NCBI GenBank assembly: GCA_024679065.1
Contig: JAGIQG010000009.1
Span: 90,520,001 to 90,584,000, forward strand
DNA from: Sphyrna mokarran
Lineage: Eukaryota
DNA length: 64,000 nucleotides
Reading direction: 5' to 3'
Of this stretch, positions 25,170-35,200 are shown piece after piece. Position 1 is the first letter of the stretch; the number at the start of each line of letters is the position of its first letter. The position numbers and the translations under genes are program-made. Below the pieces are notes generated by a model. The model ran no database searches. It had not been told where the DNA came from and saw only the letters and a program-made list of their open reading frames with translations.

Positions 25170-27100
25170 CTGGAGAGTCATAGAGGTTTACTGCATGAAA
25201 ACAGGCCCATTGGCACAACTTGTCCATGCCACTCAGTTTTCACTACTAAACTAGCCCCAATTGCCCACATTTGGCCTATATTACCTATCTATCTAAACCA
25301 TGTAACTGTCTAAATGCTTTTTAAAAGACAAAATTATATTTGCCTCCACTACTGCGTCTGGCACCCTGTTCCGGGAACTTAACACCCTCTCCGTGAAAAA
25401 ATTGCCCCTCTGGACCCTTTTGTATCTCTCCCCATAAACGTATGCCCTCTAGTTTTAGACTCCCCTACCTTTGGGAAAAGATATTGACTATCTATCTTGT
25501 CTTTGCCCTCAATATTTTATGGACCTCTATAAGAGCACCCCTAAGCCTCCTATGCTCCAAAGAACGGAGTCCCAGTCTATCCAACCTCTACTAATAACTC
25601 AAATCATCATTCGCAGTTGCACCCTGGTAAATCTTTCCTACATTCTTTCTAATTTAATAATATCCTTTCTATAAGAGGTGACCAGAACTATATAAATATT
25701 CCAAGTGTGACCTTACCAATATCTTCTACAACTTCAAGACATCCCAATTCCTGTATTCAATGTTCTGATCATTAAAACCAAGCATACTAAATGCCTCTTC
25801 ACCATCTTGTCCATCTGTGACTGCACTTCCAAGAAGCTATCAACCTGTACCCATAAAGCTCTGTTCTATAACTCTCCCCAGCATCTTGCCATTAACTGAG
25901 TAAGTCCTGTCCTGGTCCAGTCTACCAAAATAGATCACTATCTCACACTTATCCAAATTAAATGCCATCTGGCAGTCATCAGTCCACTGGCACAATGGAT
26001 CAAGATCCCGTTGCAATCCTAGATAACATTCTTCACTGTCCATTATGCCACCAATCCTGGAGTAATCTGCAAACTTATTAACCATGCTTCATATATTCTT
26101 ATCCAAATCAACATAAATGACAAATAATAGTGGGCCCAGCACCAATCCCTGAGGCGTGCCGCTGGTCAAGGCATCCGGTTTAATAAAAACTCTCTACAAT
26201 TATCTTCTGTATTCAAGCCAATGATTCTATCTAACGAATTAATGTTAACAGTAGCCCAGTTATTACATAGTGCCTTCTAAGGGCCCACAGAGACGCATAT
26301 CTCTGCCTTGACAATGTGCCTATGAGAAACGTTTAGCTATAGAAATGTAACAACATAGCAACCAGAAGATAGGCTTAGCCAAGTGGGAAGATGTCCAGAA
26401 TTAAATAGACAAATCAAATATCATTATTTCGAGCAGCATATTGCAATTGACTGAGAGAATCCGTATTGTATTGGATTGAAACGTTAACATTAAATAAAAT
26501 TGAATCTAAGTTAATGAAGTTTACCTTAAATAACAAAGTATAATTGTTCTGCAATTTGCTTGAGTGTGTCAGATCTTTGGAGTGGTCTCATAGTGCTGAA
26601 CTTAGGCTATCTGACCTTCTGAAGGCCTTCCACAGCCATAGGATAATGTATTGTCTATCTTGTATGATTTTCTTTTGTGTTTAAATAAATTTTGAATACA
26701 GACTTTGCTTTTTGCAAGTTTTTCAAATAGAATCTAAGTTTTTAGAAATCTGCCACCATTTTAAGAAAGAAATCCCCAATACAGTCCCTAATCAGTCCTT
26801 GCCTCTCTAAACACCTGTAAATCTTCTCAGCATACCTTCTAATAACTTACCCATTGAAATGTTAGGCTCATGGGCCTGTAGTTCCCAGGCTTCTCCCCAC
26901 AGCCATTCTTAAGCAAAGGCACAGCATTTGCTAGCATCCAATCTTCAGGCACCTTACCTGTGGCTGCTGATGATTCAAATATCTCTGCTCAGGGATCCAC
27001 AATTTCCTCCCTAACCTCACACAAAATCCTGGGATAATTTCATCAGGTTCCAGGGATTTATATACCTTGGGATGCTTTAAGATTCCCACATTTCTTTCTC
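25170..27100 (-). mobile_element. CR1 LINE fragments
   Basis: KFADYSRIGG, LQRDLD and YKSLEPDEI fragments, separated by an AT-rich insert (~26215-26690). Confidence 0.75.
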
Positions 27101-27684
27101 TATAAGGTTTGCAGTATAGCACTAAGTGGGCTACTGTGCATGAGCCAATCTCAGTGCAGAGAGTGGCGTACATGTACTGACCTCTTTCTTTTCCACCACC
27201 ACCCCCAACCCCCCAGTCGCTGGTCTCTAATCACTGGCCTTTCCCACAACCCCTGTATTGCCAGCCACCCCCACCTCTAACCAACTAACCATCTCCACTG
27301 GCCTGCCAGACTGCCCCTTTCACTCAGCCCTGACCTCAGTAAGCTCTGGTCCAACATCCTTGCCAATGTCCAGTGGTAGGATGGCACTGCCCAGGGGACA
27401 CCAACTTGCTCCTGACTTCATGGAGGAAGAACAGAGGGCCTCAATGGTCTACCTTTAGTCCCAGCCTTTAATGAGGAGCTGCTGTAAACCCTACTGGAGT
27501 GAAACACTGGGCTGGGTCTGGTATTGGTACTGAAATGCTGATTTCCATATTGTATCAGTGTTTGGGAGACTGGACTGTCTCCCGGCCAGGGGAGGAGCCG
27601 CGGGACTGAATCCAGTCCCGGTTTCCCCGGGGCTGCTCCTCACTCTCAGCCCGGGGCTCGGGGAGGGTGAACCCGGTCACTCAC

Positions 27685-27933
27685 CTCTCGGTTCCGCGGT
27701 TCCGTTTGACAGTTGCTTATAAACATTTAAATTGTTTTTCAGGATGGCGATTTGACCTGAGATTCCCTCCTCTCCTCCCTGTATTGTGAGGTGCTGGAAC
27801 TCGGGAATCCGCGCCACCTCTTTCTTCAGTTTAAAATCCATGTAGAAAATCTCATCCCCGTCCAACTCCAGATCCCACTGTTTATCCGGAAAACTGTCCT
27901 GAACCACACAGACCTGGAATTCCTGGTGAACAT
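27685..27933 (-). CDS. MHC class II alpha chain, exon 2 (alpha1 peptide-binding domain)
   Basis: 249 nt, CAG acceptor and GTGAGT donor. Encodes YVHQEFQVCVVQDSFPDKQWDLELDGDEIFYMDFKLKKEVARIPEF...AILKNNLNVYKQLSNGTAEPR, with the class II alpha DGDEIFY and PEF motifs. Confidence 0.96.
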
Positions 27934-27934
27934 C

Positions 27935-27957
27935 TGTGTGTGTGTGTGAGAGAGAGA
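27935..27957 (+). repeat. (TG)7(AG)n compound microsatellite forming the exon-2 acceptor tract
   Basis: tgtgtgtgtgtgtgagagagaga immediately adjacent to the exon 2 acceptor. Confidence 0.85.
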
Positions 27958-30900
27958 CAGGATTAAAATTAACAATATCTCACCCAGAGAAACTTAAACA
28001 TCACCCAACCCAAACAAACCCGAATAAACCGACTGAAACAATCATCCCAGAGCTGGAACACAAACCAGATTAAACTCATATTAATGAGCACATTTCCTCC
28101 TTTCATTAATAAATGATCCTTACTCAGGTTACCAGCTCCTTACTGTTTCCATGGCCGATCGGTTTGGATAGAAGCGGTTGAGGGACTTCACTTTGGGAGA
28201 AGTCAGACCAGCAACATCTACCGCAGAGGAGAAGACCTGGTGTCAAGCAGCGGTAAGCCTGAGACACTACATTAGCGTTTCCCTCCCTCACTCCTTCTCT
28301 AACCACTCAAGGCTGACCTGCTGCTCCTGAAGAGGTGTGGGATACCTCACTTTAACAGTTATAGGCTATGAAGAAGCAACTTCACCATCTCCAAAGTTAA
28401 GGAGACAGTGGGGAGGACGCCTACTCGTAGCAGACGTCACCTACAAGAACTGCTCTCTCTGGCTGATTAATGTGTATGTCCCTGTCATCAAGACCAAGCA
28501 ACTGTTAGTTTTAGAACAGATGCCACTGCTGCTCACCACTTCCACGCCATTCTGCATTATAGACACAGCTGGCCAATCTAACAGGGCTGAAAACAAACTG
28601 GATGCTGCGTGCAGACTCCTGTTGGAAATAGTTAAAGGTGCCAAGCTGCACAACGTCTTCAGTAACCAACGGACAGGGCGCAGTGTAGGTACATATGGTC
28701 GCGGCCAGACGGGTCCACTCCAAGATTGATTTCATGTTTGTATCCCATGTGCTCAGGGTCAGGTCCACCGACGTCAAGTCCGTGTTTTTTTCTGACCACT
28801 TCCTCCTGTTGGCCGACTGTCAGCTAGAGGAAAACCAAAAAGTGGGCAGGGGGTCCTCGAAGCTAAATGCAGAACTGTTGACCTCAGAGAACCTCAAGGA
28901 ACTCAAAAGGTTTACCATGGTTGGAGAACTGTGAAACCCTTCGTTGAGTTTCTATTGCTCTGGTGGGAAAGCTTCAAGGACAACATCAAGAAGTTATTCA
29001 TCACAAAGCGGTTCAGAAGGTCAGGGAGGGACGGGGAAAAACGTCCTGACTCCAGAAAAGCATGCAGGATCTATTCCAACTGCAGTGGATAGGGGTTGAT
29101 GTAAAGGAGGATCTCCGGGTGATGAACAGCCAGCAAGCCTCACTCTTTGCCTCGGAAGCCTCCAAGGTCATCTTCTGAAGCAGGGTCCACTCTGTGGAGC
29201 AGGACAAGACATGCTCACACTTCTTCTTCCAAAACGTGCTCAGAGAAACCTCTGTGATCAACAGCCTGAAGGAAGAAGACGGCTCAGTAAGGTCATCACA
29301 GTCTGACATTCTGACCATCTGCAAATCCTTCTATGCCGGACTGTATGACCTGAAGCCAACAGACTGCACGGCCTCCTAGTTTTTCCTATTGTCTATCACA
29401 CAGGTCTTAGACGACGGAGAGTAGGAGAGCCTGGACAGACCGGTATCTCTGGATGAGCTAACAAAGGTTGTCAAGTCCTTTCAGAAAGTTAAAACTCCCA
29501 GAAGCGATGGCTTACTGGCTGAGTTTTACTGAATGTTGTGGGACTTGATAGGCCTGGACTTGCTGGAAGTATACGAGAGTATGCTCCTGGAAAGCAGCTT
29601 GTCAGAATTCATGAGGAAAGACATCATTACCCTCATCTAAAGCAGAAGGGGAAAGGGAAGAAATTAGAAATTGGTGACCCATTTCACTATTGAACGTGGA
29701 TTATAAAATTCTAGCCAAGGTCATCGTCAACCGGGTCAAGGCTGCTCTGGGGTTAGTGACCCATCTTGATCAAACCTGTGCTGTACCCGGCAGGAAGATC
29801 TCTGACAGCTTAATGCTACTCAGGGATACGATCGCCTACGTGCAGGACAGGCGGGTGGATACGTGCCTCATCAGCCTAGACCAGGAGAAGGCGTTTGACA
29901 GAATATTGCACAGCTACAAGATGGATGTACTCTCCAAAATGGGCTTTAGGGAGGGAATCCACAATTGAATCCAACTGCTCTACACAGACATCAGTGGTGC
30001 AGTTTCAATCAACAGAAGGGAATCAGATAGGTTTCAGATTATTTCTGGGGAATCAGGCAGGGCTGCCCTCTTTCCTCCGTTGTTTGTCTGTTGCATTGAA
30101 CCCTTTGCCATGGCCCTCAGAAGTGTTCCCGGCATCAAAGGGGTGACAATTCCAGGCAGCGGAAGCACGCAGGTCAAAACCTCCCTGTACATGGATGACG
30201 TGGCTGTCTTCTGCTCAGACCCTCGTCTGTTCACAGGCTCTTCCAGGTTTGTGAGCAGTTCAAGCTGGCCTCGGGAGCCAAAGTCAATCAGGCCAAGAGC
30301 AAGGCCATGTTTTTTGGGAACTGAGCTGAGAGATCCTTTGTCCCCTTCACCATCAGGACAGATTACCTTAAGGTGTTGGGGATATGGTATGGAGTGGCAG
30401 GGGCATGCTTCAGAACTGGGAAGAGTGCATCGCAGAAGTGAGACAAAAATTGGGCTTGTGGGAACAACTCTCCCTCTCTATCATCAAAAAAAACCTGGTG
30501 ATCCGGTGCGAGGTGCTGTCCGTGTTGTTGTATGTGGCGCAGGTGTGGCCTATCCTTGCGCTGCAGCAGTGATCCAGGCCATCTTCAGATTTATCTGAAG
30601 ATTAAAGATGGATCATGTCCGAAGGGAAGCGATGCATAAATCTTCAGAGAATGGAAAGAAAATCATTCCTGCCGCCCTTATCCTGATGGCAACCTTTGTG
30701 TGCGGCTGCATCAAGCTATGTAGATCCTCGGTACACTAACAGCAAGTGCCACTATCTTTTGAGGTTCTACCTGTCTCAAGTGTTGCAGAGGATGGGTCTG
30801 GCCACACTGCCACAGAACACTCCAAGTAGTTGGACTGTACCGCAGCACTTGTCCTTCACGGAGAAATTTTTCCACGAGCACTCCATTGACCACATGGCGA

Positions 30901-31108
30901 TTAAGCAGTGGTCGGCACGTAACGTCCTTGAGGCCCTGAGAGAAAAGGAGATGGCGGATCCTGTCGGATGGTTCCCTGAGCAGACTGTCAGTGTCATCTG
31001 GCAAAATGCCTCATCATGTGGAGGTGCCAGCATTGGACTGGGGTAAACACATTAAGAAATCTCTCAACACCAGGTTAAAGTCCAACAGCTTTATTTGGTA
31101 GTAAACGC

Positions 31109-31143
31109 CACAAGCTTTCGGGGCTCTGCCCCTTCCTCAGGTG
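31109..31143 (-). ncRNA. Minimal type I hammerhead ribozyme motif, best-preserved copy
   Basis: cac-CTGAGGA-a-ggggc aga gcccc-GAAA-gc-TT-gtg: intact core, perfect 5-bp stem II, stem I cac/gtg, AAGCTT palindrome in place of helix III. Confidence 0.72.
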
Positions 31144-31171
31144 AATGTAGAACTCTCCACTGGTCTCCACT

Positions 31172-31206
31172 CACCTGATGAAGAGGCAGAAGCCCGAAAG
31201 CTTGTG
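31172..31206 (+). ncRNA. Minimal type I hammerhead ribozyme motif
   Basis: cac-CTGATGA-agaggc agaa gccc-GAAA-gc-TT-gtg; core intact, stem II weakened. Confidence 0.62.
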
Positions 31207-32024
31207 CTGTTTACTACCTAATAAACCTGTTGGACTTTAAACTGGTGTTGTAAGACTTCTTACTGAGAATGCCTCATCACCAAAACTACAAACAAGCACA
31301 AAGACCTGACTTGGCTGGTGATGAGAAGGCATTCCCCGTCAGATCCTTTATGCACACTCGAGGTCTCAACATCACTGCACGCTGCCTTCGAAGCAACTGT
31401 GGGGCTGATCAGATGGCCACACACCTTGTGGAATATGCCTTTGCAAAGAAGGTCTGGAGTGAGATGCAGTGGTATTTGTCGAGGTTTGTCCCGAGCAGCT
31501 CGGTGATGCAGGACTCTGTGCTCTATGGGCTGTTTCTGGGACGCACGCCGAGACAAATATCAACTGCTGGAGGGTCATCAACTTGGCAAAGGACGCAGTT
31601 TGGTCTGCCCGAAACTTGCTGATCTTCCAGTTGAAAGAACTGTCCTTGACCGAGTGTTGCAGACTAGCACATTCTAAGGTCCAGGACTATGGGCTGAGGG
31701 ACGCCCTGAAGGTTGGGGCAAATGCCACAAATGGGGAAAGGCCACACTATAAAACCTTTCAACTGAAGCAGACTGAGGGACCGGGAACTGTAGAAAACCC
31801 TCGGCCTGCATAATTGTGTGCCAATCTGAAAGATAACAGCACACAGTAAACTTACCAAATATATATAGTTTCAAGTACTGAAATGTAATCAGCCTTGCAA
31901 ATAAGCTTAGTAAAGTTTTGTAAAAATGACTATCTTTTTTGCACTGTTTGTAATTATCTGATCTATTGTTTTGCAAAGGCTTATTTGAGAGTATTTTTAT
32001 AAGGTATATTTTTGGAAAAAAAAA

Positions 32025-32208
32025 GGCCACTGTCTTGGGCTTGATCTACATAATCCAAGCTGATTGGAGTAGGCATTGCACCTCCTCCAAGACCAAGATG
32101 CCGCTTTTTAAAAATTGCTTCAAATGAAGCTGAAATATAACCTATTGACTTCAACCAACTACAGCATGTTGATACTACACTTGATCTTAGCCAAAAGGCC
32201 GAGTGGAT
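32025..32208 (-). mobile_element. U2 snRNA-headed SINE-like element
   Basis: 32203-32171 = CTCGGCCTTTTGGCTAAGATCAAGTGTAGTATC, matching vertebrate U2 nt 8-40 as recalled; followed by a non-U2 body sharing motifs with 38922-39140. Confidence 0.7.
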
Positions 32209-32209
32209 C

Positions 32210-35200
32210 GGGAATATCTCACTTGCTAACACTCTGAATTGGACTTTGATCGGATTGAATTGAACATTTAAACAAAAAAAAAGCCACCGTGAGAAGGTAA
32301 AAGTGAAGAGTTTTATAAATTTTCTCAAATAATTTAATTGGTTCTCAAAATGTCAATCAGTGAGGTTAAGTGCTGCACTTATGAGATGTGGGAGATCCAT
32401 GAAGCTTCTAATGTCTCGGACAACTACATCTGCAGGAAATGCACCCTGCATTTCCTGCAGATCCTTACAGAATGCATGGATAGGTTGGAGCAGCAGATGG
32501 ATGCGCTTAGGAGCATGAAGGAGGCAGAAGGTGTCACAGGTAGGAGCTTTGGAGACATGGTCACACCAAAGGTGCAGGTAGATAGATGGATAACCGTCAG
32601 AAGGAGCAGGTAGTCAGTGCAGAAACCCCCTGTGGTCATCCCCCTCTTTAACACGTATACTGTTTTGGGGGAGATGGCTTATCGGGATAACAGCAGCAGC
32701 AGCCAAACATAGAACACTACAGCACAAACAGGCCCTTCGGCCCACAAGTTGTGCCGATCATATCTATACTTACCAGGCCATAGAACTATCTGTAACTCTT
32801 AATCCCATTAAATCCCATATACTCATCCAGAAGTCTCTTAAAAGACTCCAGCGAGTTCACCTCTACCACCACTGATGGCAACCAATTCCATTCACTCACC
32901 ACCCTCTGAGTAAAAAACTTACCTCTAACATCCCCAGCACCTTAAATCTGTGTCCTCTCGTAGCGACCATTTCAGCCCTGGGAAATAGCCTCCGAGAATC
33001 CACCCTATCTAGTCCTCTCAACATCTTATAAACCAGGTTGCCTCTCAACCTTCATCTCTCCAGGGAGAAGAGACCTAGCTCTCTCAACCTATCCTCATAA
33101 GGCATGCCCCCCAATCCAGGTAACATCCTTGTAAATCTCCTCTGCACCCTCTCAATAGCTTCCACATCCTTCCTATAGTGAGGCGACCAGAACTGCACAC
33201 AATACTCCAAGTGGGGTCTGACAAGGGTCTTATAAAGCTGGCTCTGTTGTTAAGCACGGAGGAAAACGACGACTAGAGCAATAGTTATAGGGGAACTATA
33301 TAGATAGAGGTACAGATAGACATTTCAGTCGACGTGAAAGAGATTCCAGGATGGTATGTTGCCTCCCTGGTGCCAGGGTCCAGGATGTCTCTGAACAGAC
33401 AACATTCTGAAGGGAGAGGATGAACAGCCAGAGGTTGTGGTACATATTGGTACTAATGATATAGGGAGGAGGAGTGACAAGGCCCTGCAGCAGCAGTTTA
33501 GGGAGTTAAGTAGAAAGTTAAAAAGCAGGACCTATAGGCTTGTAATCTCAGGATTACTCCATGTACCATGTGCTAGTGAGGCTAGGAATAGTGAGGCTGA
33601 GATAATGCAACTCAACACATAGCTAAACAGCTGGTGTAGGAGGGAGGGTTTCAAATATTTGGACCAGTGAAGTCTCTTTCATAGCAGATGGGATCTGTAC
33701 AAGAAGGATGGGTTGCATCTAAACTGGAAGGGCACAAATATTCTATCTGGGAGATTTGCTAGTGTCACACTGGAGGATTTAAACTAGCTTGGCATGGGGG
33801 TGGGAACCAAAGCAAATGTGAATTAGCTGAAGGGGAACCAGAGAGTAGGACCAGTAAGACTCAGAGAAACAGCAGGCAGGGAGTGGGTTGTTAATCAAAG
33901 AGGGTCTGGTGACTGAAGTGCATTTGTTTCAATGCGAGAAGTGTAACACGTAAGGCAGATGAATTTAGAGCTTGGATTAGTACTAGGAACTACGATGTTG
34001 TTGCTATTACAGAGACTTGGTCAAGAGAAGGACAGGATTGGCAGCTTAATGTCCCAGATGTTTCGGGTGGGATAGAGGAGGATGTAAAAGAGATGGGGAA
34101 ATTGCACTGAGAATATCACAGCTGTATTCCAGGAGGACACATCAGAGGGCTCATACAGCGAGGCAATATGGGTAGAGCTCAGAGATAGGAAAGGTGTATT
34201 CACAATCTATAGGCTTTACTATAGGCCAGTAGGAGATAAAGGTACAGATGTGAGTAGCAGATTTGGCAAGGCACAAAAGTAACAAGATTGTTGTGAGGAA
34301 AATTTTTACTTCCCCTATATTGACTGGGACTCACTTAGCGCTAGAGGTGTGGATGGGGCAGAGTTTGTAAGGAGCATCCAGGAGGGCTTCCTGAAACAAT
34401 ATGTAGATAGTCCATACTGGACCAGATACTGGGGAATGAATCTGGCCAGGTGATCGATGTTTCAGTAGGGGAGCAGTCCGGGAACAATGACCATAATTCA
34501 GTAAGCTTTAAGGTACTGATGGATAAAGATAAGCATAGTCCTCAAGTTAAGGTGCTAAATTGGAGGGAAGGCTAATTACAACAGTACTAAACAGGAACTG
34601 AAGAATGTAGATTGGTGCAGATATTTGAGGGCAAATCAACATTTGGCATGTGGGAGGCTTTCAAGTGTAAGTTGATAGGGATTCAGGACTGACACATTTC
34701 TGTAGGGATGAAGGATAAGTATGGCAAGGTTTGGAAACCTTGGATAACAGGAGATATTGTGAGCCTAGTCAAAGAGATAAAGGAAGCATTTGTCAAGGCT
34801 GCGAACACACAAAGCAAGTGTGGAATACAATGAAAATAGAAAGAAACATAAGCAAGGAGTAAGGAAGGTTAAAAGTGGTCATAAAAAGCATTGGCCAGCA
34901 AGATAAAGAAAAATCCCAAGGCTTTTTATACATATGTATGGAGCAAGAGGATAGCCAGGAAGAGGGTTGGCCCACTCAAGGACAAGGGAGGGAAGCTATG
35001 CGTGGAGCCAGAGGAAATGGGCGAGGTAATTAAATGAGTACTTTGCGTCAGTATTCACCAAAGAGAAGGACTTGTTGGATGATGAGACTTGGAAAGGATG
35101 TGTAGATAATTTGAGCCATGTTGAGATCAAAAAGGAGGTGGTATTGGAGTTCTTGAAAAAAATTAATGGAGACAAGTTCCCAGGGCCTGACGAAATATAC

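Larger units (their letters stand above)
31017..31267. mobile_element. 251-bp non-coding fold-back Penelope-derived element
   Basis: Arms ~31050-31153 and ~31162-31265, tail 31017-31049, perfect 12-bp TSD aatgcctcatca (31005-31016 / 31268-31279); inserted in Tx1. Confidence 0.88.
28125..32024 (+). mobile_element. Tx1-clade non-LTR retrotransposon, 5'-truncated ORF2, disrupted, antisense to the MHC gene
   Basis: LINVYVP, SKIDF..SDH (APE endonuclease); NVDYKILAK, SLDQEKAFD, LYMDD (RT); C-terminal cysteine-knuckle remnant; 3'UTR ending tttggaaaaaaaaa. Confidence 0.88.

Noticed and set aside
32171-32203. Functional U2 snRNA gene
   Set aside because: Only nt 8-40 are present, with no Sm site; the 38922 copy is diverged and interrupted.
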